Source: Promethearchaeati archaeon SRVP18_Atabeyarchaeia-1
GTDB lineage: Archaea > Asgardarchaeota > Atabeyarchaeia > Atabeyarchaeales > Atabeyarchaeaceae
Reading direction: 5' to 3'
Assembly (NCBI GenBank): GCA_037308085.1
Contig: CP147779.1
Coordinates: 1,472,001-1,536,000, forward strand
Length of the DNA: 64,000 nt
Positions 39,655 to 48,105 of the stretch are shown piece after piece. A program made the translations under genes and the position numbers. The first letter of the stretch is position 1, and the number at the start of each line of letters is the position of its first letter. The notes below the pieces were generated by a model. That model did no database searches. It saw only the letters and a program-made list of their open reading frames with translations, and was not told where the DNA came from.

Positions 39655-40929
39655 TTGTTGAAAGCGCTAAGGACCTACTCGCTCAGCCATAACCAGGGCG
39701 AAGCACTCAGCGACCTGATGTCTGCATATAACTCCGCCCTCAACGAGATGCTGCAGCGCATCTGGGGAACAATACAGTGGAGGAAGCATCAGATCAAGGG
39801 CAAGAAGCAGCACCGGCTCTACCCTCGTTACAGGAAGGACAACGCCTTCAAGCGCGGGCTGAGAGACACATGCCTGGAAGGGTGGGTCTACGCTGCTCAC
39901 TGGGTTGACTCCGCCTTGAAGACCGCCTTCAGCATCATGGCTTCCTGGAAGAGGAACTACGACAAGGGTGAGAGGAGGAGGGCGTGCCCACACGCGGGAA
40001 GGCTCTTCCTGCGGGCAAAGCAGACCCTCCTCAAACTTGAGGGTGAAAAGCTGAGGGTCACCGTGAAGCCACGCGAGTTCGTTTACATCGACCTGTCCCG
40101 GCGCTACTTCAAGCTGCCCAGAAACGTGTCCTCCGCAGGCATAGGTGAACCCATCATCACGCCCGATAGAATACACCTCCCCGTCCACGTACAAGAAGAG
40201 CCGCAGAAGAAGCCAGCCGAGAAGACAGCGTGGGACTCGAACATGCTCAGCATGGATGGGTACAGCCCTGAGACTGGCTGGGTGAAGATTGATACGAGGA
40301 GGCTCGCCTCCGTCCACATCTCGGCCTTCGAGAAGAGGCGCAGCGTGCAGAGGAAGGCCTCCAACTCGAAGCGGGCGAAGAGAGCCCTCACGAAATACGG
40401 GAGGAGGGAGAGGCACCGCGCGAGCAAGCACCAGGTGGAGATAGCGAGGGTGATTCGCTCCCTATCAGACGAAAACGGCTTCGAGGAGCTTCGCAAGGAG
40501 AGGCTCTACTCCAAGTCGAGCGTGTGGAACAGGCGAGTAACGCGCACGGACTGGCGCGGAATAAGGAGACTCGCGGACGGCGTTGAGGTGCCTCCCCAGT
40601 TTACCTCGAAGACGTGCTCCAGATGCGGGTGGACGAACAAAGACCTAAGAGGAGGAGTAGCGGTCTTCGAGTGCGGGAAGTGTGGGCTGCGGATTGATAG
40701 GCAGCTCAACGCCGCCATCAACCTCTACCTGAGGATGGAGGGCGTTCCCCACAGGAAGGAGTGGTGGGATGCAAGCATCCTGCCTTCCTTAGTGGGTGGG
40801 TACGCCCTGACGGGGGCGGAGCGGAGGGGCGCCGATGAACTCGTGAGGCGCCTATATGATGCGGTGAAGCCCCAGATCTACGCAGCATACGACAGGTACG
40901 CTGACGCGTACCTACCCATGCCTACGTAG
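39655..40929 (+). CDS. tnpB: TnpB-like protein with RuvC-III Asp replaced by Gln
   Basis: AWDSN / GFEEL / FTSKTCSRCG...CGKCG / IDRQLNAAINL. Confidence 0.8.
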   Translation: MLKALRTYSLSHNQGEALSDLMSAYNSALNEMLQRIWGTIQWRKHQIKGKKQHRLYPRYRKDNAFKRGLRDTCLEGWVYAAHWVDSALKTAFSIMASWKRNYDKGERRRACPHAGRLFLRAKQTLLKLEGEKLRVTVKPREFVYIDLSRRYFKLPRNVSSAGIGEPIITPDRIHLPVHVQEEPQKKPAEKTAWDSNMLSMDGYSPETGWVKIDTRRLASVHISAFEKRRSVQRKASNSKRAKRALTKYGRRERHRASKHQVEIARVIRSLSDENGFEELRKERLYSKSSVWNRRVTRTDWRGIRRLADGVEVPPQFTSKTCSRCGWTNKDLRGGVAVFECGKCGLRIDRQLNAAINLYLRMEGVPHRKEWWDASILPSLVGGYALTGAERRGADELVRRLYDAVKPQIYAAYDRYADAYLPMPT

Positions 40930-40937
40930 GTTGAAAC
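40750..40937 (+). ncRNA. Putative omegaRNA overlapping the 3' end of the second tnpB
   Basis: GTGGGTGGGTACGC (40792-40805) pairs with GCGTACCTACCCAT (40906-40919) using G-U pairs on +; inner GGGGC/GCCCC and GGCGCC hairpins; ends GTTGAAAC at the element boundary. Confidence 0.55.
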
Positions 40938-41358
40938 CCTTCGGCACATAGATCTCCAAGCTGAACTTAGTTGGAGAGCTACTCTGTTCGTCTCCGATCG
41001 CGTATGAGATTGTCAAACGGTGAGAGCAAAGTCGTTCGAGGCTCCCAGAGACCAGACTTCAGTTTGTCGAGTAAGACAGTCCTCCATGTGGATATACCAT
41101 GTCCCGCCCACCACGTCGATTGGATCAATCTTTATATACCCGATATCGCGCACGACATCGACTATGCCATCAGAGGTGGCTGGTGGACAAAGACCCGCGA
41201 GTCGTTGACAAGCAATTGCGAGCCGGCGAGCGATCGTGGGGGAGATGACTCTGGCTGCGACTTCCTTCTCTGAAAACGAGTCCAATCCTCCTCTCCTCGA
41301 CAACAATTTCATTGAGTTCCTCCAAAGGTAGGTCTAGGACAATTCCTTTGACTCTGAG

Positions 41359-42924
41359 TCACTTCTGGGATGGGTAGACTATTCTGCCATCCTGTATTGT
41401 GAGGCTGACTTTGATCTCCTTGATTCGCTTCGGATTTTCATACGGATCTTCAGCGAGAGCGACCATGTCAGCGAGCTTCCCTTCCTCAATCGAGCCCTTT
41501 ATGTTCTCCTCGAATGAGGCAAATGCAGAGTTCCTGGTGTAGCATTTTATTGCTTCGTGCACTGATATTCTCTGAGATTCCATCGGTGCATTCACGGCCC
41601 AATGAATCCCGTATAGCGGGGAGAAGGGCATGCAATCCGACCCGAAGGCTATTACTCCTCCTTCATCGAGTATCTTCCTGTAGGGGTTGTTCTGCTCGAC
41701 CCATTGCTTTCCTAGCCTCTCCTCATACATGTCACCTGGCAGGCCCCATTCTCCTATGAAGTTGGGTTGCATGGAGGCGACTATTCCAAGTTCAGCAACC
41801 TTGCTGATCTGATCGTCGGTGACCAGTTCCATATGCTCGATTCTGTGGCGGTGATCCTTGGTCGGTCTGGATTTCAATGCGCTCTCAATTGAGTTCAGCG
41901 CCACCCCTATTGCTCTATCGCCTATTGCGTGTATGGCGACTTGGATCCCCGCATTGTGTGCCTTAGCCACAACTTGCTCCAACCTGCCCGTTTCATACAT
42001 TAGCATTCCGTTGTTGCCCTTCTCATCTGCATACTCTCCATAGAGGGCTGCAGTTCTTGATCCAATTGATCCATCGGAGAATAGCTTGAGGGCGCCCAGT
42101 TTCAGCTTGTCATCTCCAAACCCCGTTGAGAGTCCAATCTTGATGACATGGTCAAGGAGCTCCTCTATGAAGTTCATGTAGACCCTTATTCTCAACTTTC
42201 CTTCTTTCAGCGCATACTGATAGGCGACGATCTCGCTAGACGAGACAGTATCGTTGACCGAAGTCACGCCGAGGCTGTGAGCGTGGTCAGTCGCTTTCTC
42301 CAGAGCGTTTACAAGGGACCTAGGGTCAGTGGGAGAAAAGTTCTTGACAAAATCAGCAGCTTCTTCTTTCAGGACGCCAGTTGGTTCACCGCTGGCATCG
42401 ACTTCAACGCCGCGCTTTTCACTCGGTATTTTGATTAGCTTCAGTAGCGGCGAGTTGACCGACATCATGTGTCCGTCTATTCTGACCAAGGCGATCATGT
42501 GGTCTGTTGTGACGCCATCCAGGTCCTTTCTCGTGATGTATCGCTTCTCGGGCCACTTGCTCTCATCCCAGCCCGTGCCAATGATGAGCTCGCCCTTAGC
42601 CGTCTTGGCTGCGCGTTCGGCGACTCTCTCAAGCGCTTCCCGCAAGGACTTTGCTTCCCTCAAGTTTACTGCATCGAAAGTGACGCCCATCTGGATAAAA
42701 TGTGTGTGGGAGTCGATGAATCCAGGCAAGAGCACCTTGCCCCTCAGATCCACAACTTTGGTGGATTTGCCTACAAGCCTCTCTGCTTCCTCGTCTGAAC
42801 CGACAAAGATGATCATGCTTCCCGACACGGCTACTGCCTCGGCGGGGGTATCCTTGCCGTCAAAAGTGGTTACTTTGCCATTCAGGAGAATGAGATCCGC
42901 ATCTACCCTTTTCAATTTGTCCAC
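41359..42924 (-). CDS. Amidohydrolase 3 (YtcJ-like)
   Basis: PGFIDSHTH, KLFSDGSIGSRTA, HAIGDRA, HRIEH, GSDCMP, GSIEEGKLAD. Confidence 0.92.
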   Translation of the reverse strand: MDKLKRVDADLILLNGKVTTFDGKDTPAEAVAVSGSMIIFVGSDEEAERLVGKSTKVVDLRGKVLLPGFIDSHTHFIQMGVTFDAVNLREAKSLREALERVAERAAKTAKGELIIGTGWDESKWPEKRYITRKDLDGVTTDHMIALVRIDGHMMSVNSPLLKLIKIPSEKRGVEVDASGEPTGVLKEEAADFVKNFSPTDPRSLVNALEKATDHAHSLGVTSVNDTVSSSEIVAYQYALKEGKLRIRVYMNFIEELLDHVIKIGLSTGFGDDKLKLGALKLFSDGSIGSRTAALYGEYADEKGNNGMLMYETGRLEQVVAKAHNAGIQVAIHAIGDRAIGVALNSIESALKSRPTKDHRHRIEHMELVTDDQISKVAELGIVASMQPNFIGEWGLPGDMYEERLGKQWVEQNNPYRKILDEGGVIAFGSDCMPFSPLYGIHWAVNAPMESQRISVHEAIKCYTRNSAFASFEENIKGSIEEGKLADMVALAEDPYENPKRIKEIKVSLTIQDGRIVYPSQK

Positions 42925-42932
42925 AACCTCTT

Positions 42933-44111
42933 CTAGCTCCTAGCAAATTGCCTTAGTCTTCTAATCGAGCTAACCCTATCTTTTTCGCCGAGCCTAGATC
43001 TATTAATCGAGTTCTCTAGTATTTGTGTTGCTTCGTCCATTGCCTTCCTCTCAACGGGAAAAGGCACTCCATCTTTTCCTCCAAAGGCGAAGCTGAACTT
43101 CACAGGATCTCTCCAGCTTGGCGGCTCGCCATACAGCAACTCTGAAATCAAGGCCAGCCCTCGAACCGTTGCGGGCCCGACTCCCCTCAAACCAATAAGT
43201 TGCTCATAGTTCTGGGGGCGGATGTCATACACCTCTTTCAGAAGATCCCAATTCATTCTTGTTGGGAGAAGCCTATAATGAGTGACGAATCCACCAGCAG
43301 CATAAGTTTTCCCGCCCATCCATTTGTCAAGGGTTGTTCTCGACTCTGCATACGACTTGATCTCCGAGTAAGCTCTCATGATCTTCTCGACACCCTCGTT
43401 AGCGAGGTCAGTGCAAGTTTCTCTGCACCCCCCGCTTGCCTTAGATGTCATATCAAGCACGTCATCACCGTGGTTTCTCGCGCATACGATTCCTGTGTGA
43501 GGCTCCTCCACAAAGCTTCTGACATTGTCTGAGAGCCAGTGGTACCTTCTAACCATTCTAGTTTTGGTGTTCATGCCTTGCTGTATGACCGCCCATTTTC
43601 CGTCCTCTGCCAAGAGGAATGCGTGATGGTAAAGGTGATAGCCATCTTGAATTGCCGCGTTGTCAACCTTTGCAGCCATCCTGCTGGCGTACTTCAAATG
43701 GTTTACGTCGTCAATTGAGAAATCAAAAGACTTCGGCACTGCTTCCTCCAATTCCTTCTGGGTTCCGGTGGACTTCCTTCCCTTACCGCCGCAGATAATC
43801 AAGCCATGCTCCGAGGAATTGAGAACTGTCTTCAGCACTCCACAAGTTACAGTTGTTGTTCCGCTGGAGTCCCAGTCGTAGCCGAGAACGCAGGAGAAAG
43901 CTTGGAACCAAAGCGGGTCAGAGAGTCTTGCGAGCAACTTTCCGGTCCCAAATTCATCAACGAATACGTCAACGATAGCACCAGCTAGCTTGATCATGCG
44001 CCTAACTAGGTAGTCTGGAGCAACTCCTCCATGAAGTCTGAGATCTGCAACGCCTGTTCTCGTTAGCCCGCCCATGCAAAACACAGTTCTCCGATTGACC
44101 CATATAGACAC
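42933..44111 (-). CDS. DUF763 domain protein
   Basis: RTGVADLRLHGG, SDPLWFQAFSCVLGYDWDSSGTTT, AKVDNAAIQDGY, FAFGGKDGVPFPV. Confidence 0.9.
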   Translation of the reverse strand: MSIWVNRRTVFCMGGLTRTGVADLRLHGGVAPDYLVRRMIKLAGAIVDVFVDEFGTGKLLARLSDPLWFQAFSCVLGYDWDSSGTTTVTCGVLKTVLNSSEHGLIICGGKGRKSTGTQKELEEAVPKSFDFSIDDVNHLKYASRMAAKVDNAAIQDGYHLYHHAFLLAEDGKWAVIQQGMNTKTRMVRRYHWLSDNVRSFVEEPHTGIVCARNHGDDVLDMTSKASGGCRETCTDLANEGVEKIMRAYSEIKSYAESRTTLDKWMGGKTYAAGGFVTHYRLLPTRMNWDLLKEVYDIRPQNYEQLIGLRGVGPATVRGLALISELLYGEPPSWRDPVKFSFAFGGKDGVPFPVERKAMDEATQILENSINRSRLGEKDRVSSIRRLRQFARS

Positions 44112-44151
44112 GACAAGTTTAATAACGATCCATATGCTGGAGAGAACAATA

Positions 44152-44460
44152 CTAGCCTAGTCTATTCTTCGCTAGGTAGGCAATGAGCGCTAGTTCAACT
44201 ACGACGTTTCCAAACGCGAAGAGCAGGTATGAACCTAGATTGATGGACACGACATAGAGAAGGAGCAGGCCTAGCAAGACCCAGACAAAAATGAAGTTCC
44301 CTCCAAGGCTCGCTTTCTTTCCAGTTGCGCTAGCTGCTTCTCTTCTTCTACTTCTGGTGTTAGAGTAAAGAAAGATGGCGACCGCTGTCATGAATACTAT
44401 GCTAGAGCTGATGCTGATGACCCACCATTCGAATAGCCCAGGATAGTATTGCATAGTCAA
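44152..44460 (-). CDS. Small membrane protein (3 TM) downstream of the P-type ATPase
   Basis: Hydrophobic helices; GGAGGAG RBS; 8 nt after the ATPase stop. Confidence 0.6.
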   Translation of the reverse strand: MTMQYYPGLFEWWVISISSSIVFMTAVAIFLYSNTRSRRREAASATGKKASLGGNFIFVWVLLGLLLLYVVSINLGSYLLFAFGNVVVELALIAYLAKNRLG

Positions 44461-44468
44461 CTCCTCCC

Positions 44469-46985
44469 TTAGAATTTACAGACTTTGTAGAAGAACACTT
44501 TGCCGGCATCGACCAGAAGCAAGTACGTGGCAACCATTAACACTAGGAGTATCCAATATTCTGGCGGAAGCTGCGTGAAACCGAGGAAGCCCCCCAGAAC
44601 GGTGAATGGAAGTATCGTGCCAAATGCGACGCATGAGATAGTGAGCAATGCGAGCCATTTCCCAGGCCGGCTTCTTGCGAATGGAATGCGCCTGGTTCTA
44701 ATCACGAATATTACCAGAACCTCAGTCCAGAATGACTCTACAAACCATCCGCTCTGGAATAACGTTTCGGAAGCCCCGAAAATGAAGAGCATGATTCCGT
44801 AGGTAAGAAAGTCATAGAGCGAGCTGAAGGGGCCGAAGAATAGCGTGAATTTCCTTATGAAGCCTATGTCCCAGTGTTTTGGCCTCCTTGTATCCTCGTC
44901 ATCAACGTGGTCCGTTGGTAAAGTCATATTCGATATATCGTATAGCAGGTTCATGAAAAGTATCTGCATGGGAAGCATGGGGAGGAATGGCAGGAATATC
45001 GATGCAGCAGCTGCACTGAACATGTTTCCGAAGTTGGAGCTCGTTCCCATCAGAATATACTTTGTAGTGTTCCCGAAGATCTTGCGTCCTTCCTCAATGC
45101 CATTTGCCAGCGTGAGCAAGTCTTTCTTTAAGAGCACGACATCAGCCGCATCCTTGGAGACGTCAGCCGCCGTGTCAACGGATATGCCCACGTCTGCTTC
45201 GTAGAGCGCGGGCGCATCGTTGACCCCGTCACCCATGAAGCCTACAACATGACCGTTGGACTTCAAGGCCTTGATGATATCAAGCTTCTGTTCGGGTGTG
45301 ATCCGAGCAAATATCGAGGTTTCTTCAACGGTTTTCTTGATTTCATTTGAGCTCATCTCAGTTAGGTCCGATCCGAGAACTACTCTATTGAATGGAACCT
45401 GCAACTCCTCACAGATCTTCTCTGCGACAAGCTCGTTATCTCCCGTAAGGATCTTCACGTCGACCCCCATCCCTCTTAACTTGGCTATTGCCCTGCGGGC
45501 GTCTTCCTTCGGAGGGTCGACGAACACGAGGAATCCGAGGAAGGTCAGATCAACTTCATCATTTGACGAATAAGATGCCCGAAGTGGCGGATTCCGATAT
45601 GCAACTGCGAGGATGCGGTAGCCTACTCGTGATAGCTCGGACAGCTTGCCCTCGATTATCTTCAGAACTGAGCCTATGGGCTCCTTCTTCCCAGTCTTCT
45701 CCGCGTCGATGCATCTTGGGAGCACTGATTCCGGAGCACCTTTTGCTATTAGGACTAGCTCATCGTCCTTCTTGACGACAGTTGACATCATTCGCCGCTG
45801 GTAGTCAAATGGCACCTCGTCAATTCTCTGGTAGATTTTCAGATGATTCTGTGCGTTGTTCTTGATGGCGTAATCCCAGATCGCCACATCCATGGCGTTG
45901 CCTGTAATCCTATCTCCCACTAATGCTGAATTACACAGCAATCCATAATGTAGTATCCTCGGATCCTTCTCTTCATGAGGCGACCAGTAGTCCCTGAGCG
46001 TGATCTTGCCTTCGGTGAGTGTACCAGTCTTGTCGGAGCACAGGACGTTCATGTTTCCAAAATCCTCGATTGAGAGCAACCGTTTGGCAATTACCTGAAC
46101 CTTCCCCATTCTTCGGGCTCCTTGGGAGAGGCTGATCGTGACGATGGCAGGCATCAGCTCTGGTACGAGTCCGATTGCTACTGCGAGCGAGAATAACAGT
46201 GAATCGATTATCTTGTGTCCAAGCAGGGCGTTTATCGCAAATATCCCGATCGCAAGGGCAAGAGTAAGTGTGATTAGCATCGTGCCATAGCTTTTTACTC
46301 CCCTTTGGAACTCGGTCTCAGGATGGGGCCGAACAAGGCTCCTGGAAATTGAGCCAAACTCAGTGTTCCTACCGGTGGAGACTACTACGCCACGGCCACC
46401 CCCATGCATAATAACGGTTCCCATGAAAAGGTAATTGGCCAGCTGCTGGGGAGTTGGGTGCTCGAGGATGAGAGCTATTGGGCTCTTCTCAACGGGAAAC
46501 GATTCTCCAGTGAGGGAGGATTCATCAGCCTCCATCTCCTTACACTCAACTATTCTCATGTCGGCGGGCACAATGTCCCCAATCGAGAGCGAAACCAGAT
46601 CTCCTGGAACCAACAATCTTGAGCTTATCTCGGTAGTCTTGTGTTCTCTCGTGACCACGGCCTTCATGGTTACCTTCTGTCGAAGGTCTTCAACGATCTT
46701 CTCAGCCCTGTACTCGTTGTAGAAGCCTAGGAGGACGCTTAAGCAGATCATTGTGAGGATGACTATTGACTGCTCAGGCTCCGCAAAGAAGAATGCCACG
46801 GCGGCACATGCGATTAGAATAGCGAATATCGGGTTCTTGAACTGCCGACCAAGCAATTTGACTAGGCTGAAGCCTTGAGTTGGCAATTCGTTGTACCCAA
46901 AAGTCTTGATGCGTTGCTGGACTTCTCCCTCAGTCAACCCATGCTCTCGCGTGTCGAGAGCGCGGTAGACTTTCTCGGGTTCCAC
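44469..46985 (-). CDS. mgtA: Magnesium-translocating P-type ATPase (MgtA-like)
   Basis: TGES, AIGLVPELMP, DKTGTLT, KGAPE, TGDN, GDGVND, TSSNFGNMFS, QSGWFVES. Confidence 0.9.
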   Translation of the reverse strand: MEPEKVYRALDTREHGLTEGEVQQRIKTFGYNELPTQGFSLVKLLGRQFKNPIFAILIACAAVAFFFAEPEQSIVILTMICLSVLLGFYNEYRAEKIVEDLRQKVTMKAVVTREHKTTEISSRLLVPGDLVSLSIGDIVPADMRIVECKEMEADESSLTGESFPVEKSPIALILEHPTPQQLANYLFMGTVIMHGGGRGVVVSTGRNTEFGSISRSLVRPHPETEFQRGVKSYGTMLITLTLALAIGIFAINALLGHKIIDSLLFSLAVAIGLVPELMPAIVTISLSQGARRMGKVQVIAKRLLSIEDFGNMNVLCSDKTGTLTEGKITLRDYWSPHEEKDPRILHYGLLCNSALVGDRITGNAMDVAIWDYAIKNNAQNHLKIYQRIDEVPFDYQRRMMSTVVKKDDELVLIAKGAPESVLPRCIDAEKTGKKEPIGSVLKIIEGKLSELSRVGYRILAVAYRNPPLRASYSSNDEVDLTFLGFLVFVDPPKEDARRAIAKLRGMGVDVKILTGDNELVAEKICEELQVPFNRVVLGSDLTEMSSNEIKKTVEETSIFARITPEQKLDIIKALKSNGHVVGFMGDGVNDAPALYEADVGISVDTAADVSKDAADVVLLKKDLLTLANGIEEGRKIFGNTTKYILMGTSSNFGNMFSAAAASIFLPFLPMLPMQILFMNLLYDISNMTLPTDHVDDEDTRRPKHWDIGFIRKFTLFFGPFSSLYDFLTYGIMLFIFGASETLFQSGWFVESFWTEVLVIFVIRTRRIPFARSRPGKWLALLTISCVAFGTILPFTVLGGFLGFTQLPPEYWILLVLMVATYLLLVDAGKVFFYKVCKF

Positions 46986-47135
46986 TGACCAGTAATCCGT
47001 ACGGGCGACTTGAGCGTTTTGCTTCTGCGTCCCTTTAAATCCGCCTCACGAAGTCGTCGTGTAAGTGTGAATGACGAGATATAAGGCTTACGTGAGTACT
47101 CGTCGAAAAGAAAGTGTGATGCGTGCCTCACGCTT

Positions 47136-47912
47136 CTATGCAGGCTCTTCGTGGATGTCGACTCTTTCGATCCTGGGATACTCCTTCTTGATTGCTTGTT
47201 CGAGCTCACTTGCGATTGCATCCGCCTTGCCTATGCTGATGTTCGGGTCAAAGTGACATCGAAGGTCAACATGCAGGTTTTCGCCTATCCTGTGAATTCT
47301 TATTCTGTGCACAAGCTTGATCTCGGGAAAAGATTTCGCCGCATGCTCAATATACGACTGTAATCCAGTGTCAACTCCAGTCAGTTCTCTAGACAGTCGA
47401 TCTGACGCAGATTCAATATGAATGTCGATCTCAGAGAAGCTCGGGTTAGCAGCCTTGAGCTTCCTCTCAACCTGCTCTGCAACTTTGTGAGCCTGTTTCA
47501 CAGTCATGTTGGCGCTCACTTCAAGGTGAAAATCGACGCATAGTTTTCGGTCAATGTACTGGACATGAATATTGTGAACATCTCTTGAGCCAGGTACCTG
47601 TCCAGCAACCTGTTTCACGATTTTCCAAATGCTCTTCTGACCGGTGAGAGGCTCCGTGTTTACAGAGATAATCGCATTAGGGACAACTGCCTTCACTTCG
47701 CTCTCGATCCTTGAGGCAATCCTGTGCACATCATCAAACTTGAGATTATCGTCTAGGGAGACAAGCATGTCCACCTCAAATCTCTTGCCCGTCATGCGTG
47801 CACTCAGCTGATCGTAGTTCCTAACTCCCTTAATCGCCTCTACTCTCTTCCTAATTAGCTGCGCGATCTCTTCCTGTGAACGTTCCAACATAGGTACAGG
47901 CAAACGATGCAC
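47136..47912 (-). CDS. Stand-alone triple CDF C-terminal (ZT_dimer) domain protein
   Basis: Three repeats of about 80 aa ending VNTEP / IHIES / IHEEP, with VHNIH and AHKVAEQVE motifs; no TM segment. Confidence 0.8.
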   Translation of the reverse strand: MHRLPVPMLERSQEEIAQLIRKRVEAIKGVRNYDQLSARMTGKRFEVDMLVSLDDNLKFDDVHRIASRIESEVKAVVPNAIISVNTEPLTGQKSIWKIVKQVAGQVPGSRDVHNIHVQYIDRKLCVDFHLEVSANMTVKQAHKVAEQVERKLKAANPSFSEIDIHIESASDRLSRELTGVDTGLQSYIEHAAKSFPEIKLVHRIRIHRIGENLHVDLRCHFDPNISIGKADAIASELEQAIKKEYPRIERVDIHEEPA

Positions 47913-48105
47913 CTCTAATGCTCAGAGGCTGGCACTGATTCAGCATATATCTTATTCAAATCTGTCATAATCTCAATATTAAGATTGCCTTATCAAGCTT
48001 CATCATTCCTATATAGGATGGCCGCAGCTCTAACAAGTTTGAGGTGCCGCCGGAGAGAACAGGGCTGCTGATCAGAACCGTCTTTCGCTTGAGAGATGTC
48101 TCCTC

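Larger units (their letters stand above)
39424..40939 (+). mobile_element. Non-autonomous tnpB-only element with IS607-type CC/GG core ends
   Basis: Junctions TTTCG|CC|GTATACAAC and GTTGAAAC|CC|TTCGG; removal leaving one CC restores the host frame (CCG AAG GCG AAA CGG on -); no tnpA inside. Confidence 0.85.
39167..41312 (-). pseudogene. AlkZ/YcaQ-like (winged-helix) DNA glycosylase pseudogene, split by a tnpB element
   Basis: N-part ARRLAIACQRL...IKIDPIDVV jumps to WYIH (internal deletion); WEPRTTLLSPFDNLIRDRRRTE* carries a stop and frameshifts; LEIYVPK|AKRKYGYYVMPILHGDRIIGRVD rejoins when 39424-40937 is removed. Confidence 0.85.

Noticed and set aside
29381-40939. GTTGAAAC occurring twice, like a CRISPR repeat end
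   Set aside because: The copies are 11.5 kb apart at IS ends; there is no repeat-spacer array or cas gene in the window.
39424-40939. IStron (group I intron-IS) interpretation
   Set aside because: No recognisable group I core, tnpB is antisense to the host gene, and the host gene has decayed, which argues against splicing rescue.
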